This document shows positions 56,177 through 64,000 of a stretch of 64,000 nt of DNA, in pieces. Location of the stretch: contig CBDDDJ010000005.1 of NCBI GenBank assembly GCA_965226475.1, forward strand, positions 1,040,406 through 1,104,405, given 5' to 3'. This DNA is from Alphaproteobacteria bacterium (GTDB lineage: Bacteria; Pseudomonadota; Alphaproteobacteria; GCA-2731375). How positions within the stretch are numbered: the first letter of the stretch is position 1; each line of letters begins with the position of its first letter. The position numbers were made by a program, and so were the translations under genes. The notes under the pieces were generated by a model. It made no database searches. It saw only the letters and a program-made list of their open reading frames with translations, and had not been told where the DNA came from.

Positions 56177-56548
56177 TCACTCCGGGCGCTTGGGGGTGCC
56201 GCGGCCGGCCTGGCAACGATACTGTCCGTAAATTCGCTTGTTCTCCTCAAGCTCCGCGGCGAGCCGTTTGTAGTTTCGTCGCTCGTTCTCGGCGTCGCCG
56301 GCTTTCTGTTCATAAATCCGCTTGCTCTTTTCGGCCATCCCTATACGCCTCGTGCGCGAGCCGCGTTCGTACGCCTCGTCTACACCCACGACGTCGCGCC
56401 CGGATTGTGCTTTCCGCACTCTCTCTTCAAAGATGGCAAACTTCGACTTTCGTTCCTGGCGGGTGGAACTCTCCCGCTCCATCCAACTCTGTTGGTATAT
56501 TCCCGGAGGCTCTGATTCAGGCGGGCGTTGAACCTTCTTGAACGGCAT
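56177..56548 (-). CDS. Highly charged repeat-containing hypothetical protein
   Basis: This is a 123-aa ORF in a lower-G+C patch. It has recurring modules: KSKFAIFEE, EKSKRIYEQ, ENKRIYGQ and KAGDAENERRNYKRL. I do not recognise a family, so coding status is uncertain. Confidence 0.4.
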   Translation of the reverse strand: MPFKKVQRPPESEPPGIYQQSWMERESSTRQERKSKFAIFEERVRKAQSGRDVVGVDEAYERGSRTRRIGMAEKSKRIYEQKAGDAENERRNYKRLAAELEENKRIYGQYRCQAGRGTPKRPE

Positions 56549-56564
56549 TAGGCGCGCCAGCGCC

Positions 56565-56908
56565 TTACAGTATCCAAGGATCGTCCGATTCCCGATGCTC
56601 CGCCCCTGGGGGCGCCGGCGCCTTCGGATTGCGAGCCTCGATCCTTTCCCGATTTTCCGCCCCTGGTTGCGCCAGCGGCTTTGGATTTCGAGGATCGTTC
56701 AATTCCCGTAATCTCGCCTCGGCCTGCCTCGCCCTTTCCTCGTAACTCAATCTCCTATACTTGGCGTTCTCGGCGCCGGCCTGGTAGCTCGGCACCGACA
56801 GATTGCCAATTCTTATATCTATCAGAACGAGCGTGATTTCGGATCGGTAGAATTTCCTGAGCATCTCCAGTTCGGAGACGTCACAAGTCTGTTCAATAAA
56901 GCTCTCGA
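56565..56908 (-). pseudogene. 5'-truncated hypothetical gene ending in 19-aa tandem repeats; cut by IS3 copy 2
   Basis: The frame leaves the IS at 56908 as IESFIEQTCDVSELEMLRKFYRSEITLVLIDIRIGNLSVPSYQAGAENAKYRRLSYEERARQAEARLRELNDPRNPKPLAQPGAENRERIEARNPKAPAPPGAEHRESDDPWIL*. The first 9 residues of the track ORF are IS sequence. Confidence 0.4.
56588..56760. repeat. Tandem repeat, period 57 nt (about 3 copies)
   Basis: The anchor cccgat/cccgta recurs at 56591, 56648 and 56705. The units are imperfect. They translate as RE....RNPK..A.PGAE(N/H) on the minus strand. Confidence 0.6.
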
Positions 56909-56943
56909 TGTAGCGCACCCGGTTCCTTGGACACAAGTTTGTC

Positions 56944-57849
56944 TCACGCGGCGGGCCTGATTGAGATCGCGGCGTGCCACGCCTGACGAGCTTGAGCGGG
57001 GCTCAGGTAGCCGTTCTTTTCGACGATCCACTGGGCATTGTAGAGTTCGACGAAGTCGCGGACGGCGTCCCGCAGCTCCGCGATGTTGCGGTAGATGCGA
57101 CCATGGATGATCTGTTCCTTCAGCGTGCGATTGAACCGCTCGGCGACGCCGTTGGTCTGGGGCTCGGCGACGAAGGCGTAGGACGGCTGGATGCCCCAGA
57201 ACTTGATCTGGTTGGTGAAGTGGTCCGACAGATACTGGGAGCCGTGATCCATCCGCAAGGCCAGCCCCCGAGCCGCGCCGGCCGCGGTCGAGCCATACAG
57301 CCCGGCAAGCCCCATGGAGATCGGCTGCAGGGCGGCGAAGCGGTCGCCGCGCTTGCAGACATGCCAGCCGACACACTCGGCGTTCCAATGCTCGACGGCG
57401 GTGAAGATCCAGCCCCAGCCGTCGTCCACCGTGAACACCCGAACGCCATCGGTGCCCCACATGAGGTTCGGGGCATGAGTGATGATCTCACCGTCATGGG
57501 GATTGCCGCCACGGCGGCGGCAGCGATGGGGCGAGAGCAGATTGTTCTCGCGCATCAGGCGGAGCACCCGCTTGCGGGCAACCCGGATGTCGCGACAGAC
57601 CCGAAGCCGAGCCCAGACCTTGCGGTAGCCCTCGCCCTCCCAGGGCGATGCCTCCAGGTCGGCTTCGATCGCCACCAGCAGCGCCTGGTCCGAGATCGCG
57701 GGCTTCGGTCCCCGACGCTTTGCCGGCGGCTGCTCGGCGTGCTGGCCGGAGGTCATGGCGTAGAACGAGGAGCGGGCCATGCCCCAGGCGGCGCAGACCC
57801 GCCGCGGGCCGTAGGCCAGACCCGTGCCGGGCGAGGTGGCGGCACTCAT
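56944..57849 (-). CDS. IS3-family transposase OrfB (DDE / rve)
   Basis: This is a 301-aa ORF with 2 amino-acid differences from copy 1. Confidence 0.9.
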   Translation of the reverse strand: MSAATSPGTGLAYGPRRVCAAWGMARSSFYAMTSGQHAEQPPAKRRGPKPAISDQALLVAIEADLEASPWEGEGYRKVWARLRVCRDIRVARKRVLRLMRENNLLSPHRCRRRGGNPHDGEIITHAPNLMWGTDGVRVFTVDDGWGWIFTAVEHWNAECVGWHVCKRGDRFAALQPISMGLAGLYGSTAAGAARGLALRMDHGSQYLSDHFTNQIKFWGIQPSYAFVAEPQTNGVAERFNRTLKEQIIHGRIYRNIAELRDAVRDFVELYNAQWIVEKNGYLSPAQARQAWHAAISIRPAA

Positions 57850-58277
57850 CGCCGCGACCTCCGCCGCCCCAAAGGGCCGAAGGTCTCCGTCTTGGCCTCC
57901 AGCAGTTCCACCTGCATGGTCAACTCTCCGATCCGCTTCATGGCGCTATCCAGTTCCGCCTGCACCGGATCGCCCTTGCGTTGCTTGAGCGAGGCGTCGA
58001 TCCCGCCGATCGCTTTCTCACGCCACTGCTCGAGCCGGAAGATCTCTACGCCCAACTGGCGCGACAGAAGTTGCACCGGCTCGTCACGCAAAAGCCGCGG
58101 AACGACCTCACGCTTGCGCGCCACCGTCCATCGCTGGCCAAGTCCCAGCGGGCCCGCCGGCAAAGCCTGGCCTGGGGAAAACGTGGACGAGCCAAGCTCG
58201 CCCGCATTTACCACAGGCCCATCAACAGCAACTTTCTTCTCAAAATTATCGGCCATGTTCCGGTCCTCCTTGGACAC
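57846..58277 (-). CDS. IS3-family transposase OrfA
   Basis: This is a 143-aa ORF, identical in protein sequence to copy 1. Confidence 0.85.
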   Translation of the reverse strand: MSKEDRNMADNFEKKVAVDGPVVNAGELGSSTFSPGQALPAGPLGLGQRWTVARKREVVPRLLRDEPVQLLSRQLGVEIFRLEQWREKAIGGIDASLKQRKGDPVQAELDSAMKRIGELTMQVELLEAKTETFGPLGRRRSRR

Positions 58278-58322
58278 TTCGATTAAGCCAATTCTGTGTC
58301 CAAGGAAATCGGGTCCGACTCA

Positions 58323-58490
58323 GGGACAGGGCCGGACGCCGTGGCGTTGTTCCTCGGGAGCGTCGCCATCCTCGTCCTCGCTGGTGCTGGAGCCTCGCGG
58401 CACACCGATCAGTTCACGGGGGCGCTGAATGTTGGCGGCGCGGTTGGAGTTGGCGAAGAGGCCGTAGTGACGGATGCGATGGACGCCCGC
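58323..58490 (-). pseudogene. IS91-family (Y2) transposase C-terminal remnant
   Basis: There are 56 in-frame codons between a TGA (58491-58493) and the IS3 end: AGVHRIRHYGLFANSNRAANIQRPRELIGVPRGSSTSEDEDGDAPEEQRHGVRPCP. RIRHYGL(F/L)AN is the family-typical block. Recognition is from memory. Confidence 0.45.
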
Positions 58491-59107
58491 TCAGGCTCGA
58501 AAATCCTTTTGCGGAACTATCTGTATAGAACGGCCCCGCCGCGCGCCGCGCGGCGGGCGGGAGCGGATAACCAGGCCGCCCTAGGCCGCGCCCAGGCCCA
58601 CACGAGGCCTACACCCGACCACCATCGAATGGCGTTCGAACGAAGGCGGCGAACCCGCACCCGGTCCCCGGCGGCGGGGCGAGCGGAGCCCTCGCGCGGT
58701 CGCGAACGCCCGGGGCGTCGGGCCGCGCCGGACGCCATGTCACGGTCATGGAATTCGCGCCGAACGGACGCATGGCCCGCCACGCACGCACAAGCGTGAC
58801 GCCGCCGGGGAAGACGAGATGGCGGCGTTTCCGCCCGATGAACCAGAAAACGCGGCAAAATTGGCGTGAGCCGCATCGCCGCGCCGGCCGGCGCGAACCT
58901 CCGAACGCGCCATGGCTCGCCTAAGCGGCGCCAAGCCGCTACACTTTACCCATCGAAGTGGACGCCGACCGGTGTGACCGCGCTTCCAGTGGTCCCGCGC
59001 GGGCGGCCCGACTTTGTCGGATGACGCGTTGCCCGGCGGACGTTTTTGTCGCAGTACGCGTCTCCACCACTCGGCCCGAGGGCCGGACAAGACAGAGGGA
59101 GACGACC

Positions 59108-60370
59108 ATGAGAGTGATGAAATTCTTGAGTATCGCGGCGGGCGGCCTGTTCTCGCTCGGCGTGATGGGACAGGCGGGCGAACTTGCGGCCCAGCCCAAG
59201 GAAGTCCGTATCGGGGTGCTCTATCCCCTGACCGGCGCGGTGGCGAAGGCCGGCAACGACGTGCTGGCCGCCGCCGAGGTCGCGCGCGACATCGTCAACA
59301 ACAAGCACGATCTGGAACTGCTGCTGGCCCGCACCGAGGGCCTGCCGAACCTGGGCGGCGCCAAGGTGAAGTTCATCGTCGCCGACCACCAGGGCAAGCC
59401 CGAGATCGGCCGGGCCGAGGCCGAGCGACTGATCACCCAGGAGAAGGTCCACGCACTCTACGGCGCCTATCATTCCAGCGTCACGGCCGCCGCCAGCAAC
59501 GTCGCGGAGCGGATGCAGATCCCCTACCTCACCGGTGAATCCTCCTCGCCCAAGCTGATAACGCGGGGCTTCGAGTGGTTCTTCCGGGCCGGCCCGCACG
59601 ACGGCCACTACACCCGGACCATGTTCGAATTCATGCGCGACTATGCCAAGAAGAAGGGCATCGAACTGAAGAGCATCGCGATCATGCACGAGGACACCCA
59701 GTTCGGCGTCGACAGCGCCCGGGTACAGGTGGAGCTCGCCAAGGAATTCGGCATGGAGGTCAAGTTGAAGATCGCCTACCGCTCCAAGACGACCTCGCTC
59801 GTGGGCGAGATTCAGAAGCTGAAGGCGGCCAACGCCGACGTCTTCATGCCGACCTCTTATACGACGGACGCGCTGTTGTTCATGCGGACGGCGAAGGAGC
59901 TGAACTATTCACCCAAGCTCATCATCGCCCAGAACGCCGGCTTCTCCGACAACTCGTTCATCGAGACCATGGGCACGGGAGCCAACGGCATCATCTCGCG
60001 CTCGCCCTTCTCGGTCGACATGGTCGAGAAGATCCCCGTGCTGAAGAAGGTGAACGAGCTCTACCGCAAGCGTCGCGGTGGCGATATCTACGAGCCGATC
60101 CGCAGTTTCGTCGGCGCGTGGATCCTGATCGAGGCGATCAACCGGGCCGGTTCCACCGACCCGACCAAGATCCGCGATGCGCTGCGCGCCACCGACATGC
60201 CCGGGACCGACATACCGATGCCCTGGAAGGGCGTCAAGTTCGGGGCCGACGGCCAGAACAACCTGGTCAGCACGGTGATGACCCAGGTGCACGATGGCGC
60301 CTATCAGTCGATCTATCCCTTCAACGTGGCGGCGAAGGACGTGATCTATCCCTTCCCCGATTGGAAGTAG
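59108..60370 (+). CDS. ABC transporter substrate-binding protein, LivK/branched-chain amino acid family
   Basis: The start is placed at ATG 59108 after agagggaga. The signal peptide is MRVMKFLSIAAGGLFSLGVMGQAGELAA. Family-typical segments are IGVLYPLTGAVAKAGND and YGAYHSS. The protein is 420 aa. Confidence 0.9.
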   Translation: MRVMKFLSIAAGGLFSLGVMGQAGELAAQPKEVRIGVLYPLTGAVAKAGNDVLAAAEVARDIVNNKHDLELLLARTEGLPNLGGAKVKFIVADHQGKPEIGRAEAERLITQEKVHALYGAYHSSVTAAASNVAERMQIPYLTGESSSPKLITRGFEWFFRAGPHDGHYTRTMFEFMRDYAKKKGIELKSIAIMHEDTQFGVDSARVQVELAKEFGMEVKLKIAYRSKTTSLVGEIQKLKAANADVFMPTSYTTDALLFMRTAKELNYSPKLIIAQNAGFSDNSFIETMGTGANGIISRSPFSVDMVEKIPVLKKVNELYRKRRGGDIYEPIRSFVGAWILIEAINRAGSTDPTKIRDALRATDMPGTDIPMPWKGVKFGADGQNNLVSTVMTQVHDGAYQSIYPFNVAAKDVIYPFPDWK

Positions 60371-60453
60371 TTCCGAGGGTAAGGTTTTACTGGGAGGGCG
60401 GGGTCTTGGGGCCCCGCCCTTTCGATTTTCGCGGCCGATGGGAAGGAACGGTG

Positions 60454-61137
60454 ATGCACAAAATCGACATTCCCCAAGAAGTTATCGACTCCTGTATCCG
60501 CCTGCGCGGCAGGCGCCACGCGGTCCAGGCGCTCGAGCCATCGCGCCTGGCGCTGATCGTCGTCGACATGCAGAACGCCTGGGTGGAAGAGGGACTCTCG
60601 CCGCTGGAGATCCCGATGACCCGGTCGATCATCCCCAACATCAACCGCCTGGCAGAGGCCGTCCGCGAAGCCGGCGGCATCGTTGCCTGGACGCAATCGA
60701 CCTTCCCCGAGGACTACACCCACTGGATCTACGAGTCTTTCGGGACGCCCGAATATCGCGACCGCATAATCGCCGATTCGGCGGTTGGCGCCCATGGCCA
60801 CGAGATCCATCCCGACATGGCCGTCGAGGCCGGGGACCTGAAGATCGTCAAGAACCGGCCGAGCGCCTTCATCCAGGGTTCCTCCGATATCGAGGACCAG
60901 CTCCGCGCCCGGGGCCGCGACACCATCGTCATCACCGGCACCCTCACCAACGCCTGCTGCGAATCGAGCGCCCGCGACGCCGCCGCGCTCGGCTTCCTGC
61001 CGATCATGGTTTCCGACGCCATGGCGACCCGTACCGACGCCGAACACAACGCCACCCTGATCAACGTCATGCAACTGACGGCGGACGTGCGCACCACCGA
61101 TGAAGTGATGGGACTACTGGCGCCGCATCTGGGATGA
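60454..61137 (+). CDS. Cysteine hydrolase / isochorismatase family protein
   Basis: It starts at ATG 60454 after ggaaggaa and encodes 227 aa. Supporting segments are LALIVVDMQNAW, KNRPSAF and ITGTLTNACCESSARDA. Confidence 0.9.
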   Translation: MHKIDIPQEVIDSCIRLRGRRHAVQALEPSRLALIVVDMQNAWVEEGLSPLEIPMTRSIIPNINRLAEAVREAGGIVAWTQSTFPEDYTHWIYESFGTPEYRDRIIADSAVGAHGHEIHPDMAVEAGDLKIVKNRPSAFIQGSSDIEDQLRARGRDTIVITGTLTNACCESSARDAAALGFLPIMVSDAMATRTDAEHNATLINVMQLTADVRTTDEVMGLLAPHLG

Positions 61138-61451
61138 GGCGACGGCGCGCTTGGGCCGTGCGTCGCGGATCGCTGACTCCACCGCGCCGCGGTCGCGCGA
61201 CGGCGCGGGGACACGGCCGGTGGGGAGGGCGCCAGCGGCAGTGCCAGCTTCGGCGGCGAGTTGACGCGGCGAGGCCTCGACTTCTCGGCCGTCGAGGCCG
61301 CGGTCAAGGCCAGGTACATCGCGAAGCTGCGGGCGCTGGACCCCAAGCTCGCCAAATCCTTCTCGAAATCGCTCGGCCAGAATTGAGCGGCCGCTCGATC
61401 TTCACGCCGCGCATCGCCTCGAAGGCGGCGACGGCGCGGCCGGCCGTGGCG

Positions 61452-62375
61452 TCAGCCCCCGCCTTCCGCGAGGCAGAATTCCGCTACCTCCCGATGGGTC
61501 GCGAACCAGACCCCCTCGTGGTGCTTCATATGTTCGATCAGGCGTTCGAGGATGGTGAGGCGGGAGCGGTGGCCGATGACGTGGGGGTGCATGGTCAATA
61601 GGAACAGGCCGCCGTCGGCATAGGCGCCGTCGAACTCGGACTGGAAGATCTCCAGCACCGCCGAGGGTGCCGTGTGGGGACGGAGTGTGGTGCCCCTGTC
61701 CATCGCGAAATAGACCGCGTCGTCCTTGATCCATTCGACGGGCAGCTCGACCATGCCGGTGGCCTCGCCGTCCTCGACGATCTCGTAGGGGTCGTCGTCG
61801 GCCATGAGGGAGCTGTCGTAGAGCAACCCCATCTCCCGGCTGATGGTCAGGGTGTGCTGGCTGAAATCCCAGGACGGCGTGCGGATGCCGACCGGGCGCT
61901 GGCCCGAGACTTCCTCCAGTACGTCGGCGGCACGGAGTTGCAGGTCGCGCTCGTCGTCCGGCGGCAGGGTGCCGTTGAACTCGTGGATCCAGCCGTGGAT
62001 ACCGATCTCGTGACCCTCGTCGGCAAGGGCGCGCTGTTCCTCGGGGTGCAGCTTGGCGACCACGGCGGGGACGAAGAAGCTCGCGTGGATGTCGTTCTTG
62101 GCCAAAATCGCGCGGATGCGCGGGATCGCCACGCGGGAGCCATATTCACCCTGGCTGAGCTTGCCGGGCGAGGTCTGTCCGAAGCGGAGCGTCGAGGACT
62201 CGTGGTCCGAATCGAAGGAGAGCGCAACGGCGCAGCGGGCGCCGTCCTTCCAGGCGTTCGGTTTCAGCGAGCGACCGGCCCGCACCTTGTCGACAATCCC
62301 GCGCCAGCGCTGCTCCCGCCACTGCCAGGGAAGTTCCTCGGCCTCGGGGGTATCGGCTTGGTCGGCATAAGTCAT
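61452..62375 (-). CDS. Polysaccharide deacetylase (NodB-fold) family protein, PuuE-allantoinase-like
   Basis: This is a 307-aa ORF. Supporting segments are VALSFDSDHES, HASFFVPA, HEIGIHGWIHE and MHPHVIGHRSR. Confidence 0.85.
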   Translation of the reverse strand: MTYADQADTPEAEELPWQWREQRWRGIVDKVRAGRSLKPNAWKDGARCAVALSFDSDHESSTLRFGQTSPGKLSQGEYGSRVAIPRIRAILAKNDIHASFFVPAVVAKLHPEEQRALADEGHEIGIHGWIHEFNGTLPPDDERDLQLRAADVLEEVSGQRPVGIRTPSWDFSQHTLTISREMGLLYDSSLMADDDPYEIVEDGEATGMVELPVEWIKDDAVYFAMDRGTTLRPHTAPSAVLEIFQSEFDGAYADGGLFLLTMHPHVIGHRSRLTILERLIEHMKHHEGVWFATHREVAEFCLAEGGG

Positions 62376-62397
62376 GGGTCCTGCTCCTCGGGTTTGG

Positions 62398-63420
62398 TCA
62401 GCGAAAGGCCGCCATCACGGCCGCCCATTGACGAAGAAAGCGGATCTTGTCGTCGAAGTGTATGCTCATCCAGAACTGCCGCGCACCCGCCTCTATCGCC
62501 GCGCTCAGTTTGGCCACGCAATCCTCCACCGTGCCGGCGACGGCGAAACGTTCGGCCAGGTAGTCGGTAAGGCCGAGTTCGTGAATGAGTTCACGGTTGG
62601 CGCTGTCCGGCATGTCGTGCTGGTCGGCCCGGTAGCGCTGGCCGAGGGCGACGATCCGTTCATGCAAGGCCGAGGGAATGTGCTTCCCCTCGGTGGTGAA
62701 CCGGCTCAGATGCGAGCCGGCCGAGGCCAGCGTCATGGCAATCTCGTCGATCGCCTCGCGGCGATCACCGCGGATGTTGGTGAGCGGCAGCCACCACATG
62801 TCGATCTCGTCCGGCGAACGCCCGGCCGCCTTGGCGCCGGCGCGGACCCGGGCGATGGAATCGCGCACGATGTCGGGCGTCAGCCCGGTATTGATGACGA
62901 CGCCGTCGGCGATCTCGCCCGCCAGGTGCAGCATCTTGGGGCCCGAGGCCGCGAGATAGATCGGCACCTTGCCGGGCCGCCAGGTCAGCCGCACGGGGCG
63001 GCCTTGCCACTCGGACTCGCCGAGCTCGAGCAGTTCGCGAACGGTCTGGACATAGCTCCGCAGCCGCGCCCGGGTCGAGGGCGCCAGGCCCAGGTTCAGC
63101 ACCGCGCTGTCGCCGGTGCCGATACCCAGCATGGTCCGGCCCGGCGCCATCTCCTCCAAGGTCGCCGCCGCGCCGGACGCGACCGCCGGATGGCGAGTCA
63201 GCGGGTTGATCACCCTGGGACCCAGTCGGACCCGCGTCGTATGTTCGGCGCAGAGCGCCAAGCACATGTAGACGTCGCGGTAGAGCGACTGGGAATCGGC
63301 GATGCCGACGATGTCGAAGCCGACGTCCTCGGCGACCTCGGCCCAGCGAAGCGTTTCCCGGGGAGCGTGGGGCAGGTAGTTGACGCCGAAGCGGATCGGC
63401 GTTTCAGGTTCGCCCGCCAT
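62398..63420 (-). CDS. LLM-class (luciferase-like, possibly F420- or FMN-dependent) oxidoreductase
   Basis: The start is placed at ATG 63420 after gggggaggga. Supporting segments are IRFGVNYLPHAP, GIADSQSLY and GRTMLGIGTGDS. The protein is 340 aa. Confidence 0.85.
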   Translation of the reverse strand: MAGEPETPIRFGVNYLPHAPRETLRWAEVAEDVGFDIVGIADSQSLYRDVYMCLALCAEHTTRVRLGPRVINPLTRHPAVASGAAATLEEMAPGRTMLGIGTGDSAVLNLGLAPSTRARLRSYVQTVRELLELGESEWQGRPVRLTWRPGKVPIYLAASGPKMLHLAGEIADGVVINTGLTPDIVRDSIARVRAGAKAAGRSPDEIDMWWLPLTNIRGDRREAIDEIAMTLASAGSHLSRFTTEGKHIPSALHERIVALGQRYRADQHDMPDSANRELIHELGLTDYLAERFAVAGTVEDCVAKLSAAIEAGARQFWMSIHFDDKIRFLRQWAAVMAAFR

Positions 63421-63494
63421 GTCTTTCCCTCCCCCCGTCAGCGCCTGCAAATCATTCGGCGGCCCTCGGCGCGGTGGTGGCTTGGCACCCCCGC

Positions 63495-63613
63495 CGTCAT
63501 CGCGAGGGGCAAAGCCCCGTGGCGATCCAGCCGTCGCCCGAAGCTCCCGACGCCCTCGCCCGTCATGAAGGCCGTCTGGATTGCCACGCTCGCTTCGCTC
63601 GCTCGCAATGACG
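63495..63613. repeat. REPIN-like palindromic doublet, copy 3
   Basis: The left arm is CGTCATCGCGAGGGGCAAAGCCCCGTGGCGATCCAGCCGTC. The right arm is the reverse complement of CGTCATTGCGAGCGAGCGAAGCGAGCGTGGCAATCCAGACGGC. Confidence 0.75.
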
Positions 63614-63654
63614 ACTTTGGGGCGGCTCTCCTCATCGATTGATTCTCAACCTCT

Positions 63655-64000
63655 TCAGCGCTTCGCGATCATGCGCCGTTCCATGCGGCTCAACAGCCGC
63701 ACCAACGGCCACAGCATCGCCAGATAGATCAGCGCCACGACGATCAGCGGCGTCGGATTATAGGTGATGCCCTGGGACACGCGGCCCATGCGCAGCAGCT
63801 CGGGCAGGGCCACGACGCTGGCGAGCGCGGTGAACTTGATGACCTCGAGGGTGTTGGAGGTGAGGTCGGGGGCAACGTTGCGCACCGCCTGCGGCAGGAT
63901 CACATAAATCATGGTCCGCAACGCGCCGAGGCCGGTCGAGCGCGCGGCCTCCCACTGGCCCCGACTCACGCTCTCGATCCCGGCGCGGAAGATCTCGCCA
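63655..64000 (-). CDS. Polar amino acid ABC transporter permease (His/Glu/Gln/Arg/opine family), 3' part; 5' end lies beyond the window
   Basis: The EAA-loop region reads SRGQWEAARSTGLGALRTMIYVILPQAVRNVAPDL. The frame is open to the window end. Confidence 0.8.
   Translation of the reverse strand, partial: GEIFRAGIESVSRGQWEAARSTGLGALRTMIYVILPQAVRNVAPDLTSNTLEVIKFTALASVVALPELLRMGRVSQGITYNPTPLIVVALIYLAMLWPLVRLLSRMERRMIAKR

Larger units (their letters stand above)
56909..58322 (-). mobile_element. IS3-family insertion sequence, copy 2 (1414 bp)
   Basis: It is colinear with copy 1 at an offset of 56749. I saw at least three single-base differences: OrfB L16P, OrfB N54D and one synonymous change in orfA. 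The flanking triplets CGA (56906-56908) and GGG (58323-58325) do not match. Confidence 0.9.

Noticed and set aside
61177-61386. A stop-to-stop open frame of 69 codons ending ...GLDFSAVEAAVKARYIAKLRALDPKLAKSFSKSLGQN*, between the isochorismatase and deacetylase genes.
   Set aside because: The C-terminal half is protein-like, but there is no ATG or GTG start and no RBS. The only TTG lies far inside, and there is no recognisable family. It may be a 3' gene remnant, but that is not supportable from sequence alone.

Overview
This is a high-G+C bacterial chromosomal segment: sampled 60-nt lines are about 70% G+C. Gene content and repeat families suggest an alphaproteobacterium, which is inference only. 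The window is an IS-riddled accessory and catabolic region.

Mobile elements:
- Two equal-length IS3-family copies in direct orientation (160-1573 and 56909-58322) bracket about 55 kb.
- Inside that span are two IS1595-family copies (one decayed) and three IS5-family copies (two near-identical).
- There is also one IS256-family element, an IS91-type remnant and a decayed IS200/RAYT-like Y1 transposase gene.

Ordinary genes between the elements:
- FAD oxidoreductase, maleate-isomerase-like protein, several amidohydrolases, PEP-mutase-family protein, intradiol dioxygenase and formamidase.
- VOC/glyoxalase proteins, CoA-transferase, orphan TRAP DctQM permeases and three LLM-type oxidoreductases.
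- Aminotransferase, adenosine-deaminase-family protein, TPP enzyme and hydantoinase A/B.
- A LivFGMH plus LivK ABC importer.

Many genes are visibly broken, and the sequence allows exact reconstruction of the events through target-site duplications and frame arithmetic.

Most unusual items:
1. A low-G+C two-gene envelope-protein cassette lies between 727-bp direct repeats of a host dehydrogenase gene, with no recombinase (6193-9834).
2. A tightly packed five-gene operon combines an HpcH aldolase with NadC-like, OMP-decarboxylase-like, amidohydrolase and HisI-like genes (47809-51929).
3. A 1405-codon secreted multidomain protein gene is hit three times, by IS256, by IS5 and by a 1-nt frameshift.
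4. A multicopper oxidase is fused to a cupredoxin and a CusF-like domain, with an IS 7 bp upstream of its start.
5. A REPIN-like palindromic repeat family occurs near a decayed Y1/RAYT-like gene.

No rRNA, tRNA or CRISPR array was recognised. Several frameshifts sit in homopolymer runs, so sequencing error is a live alternative to real pseudogenisation.
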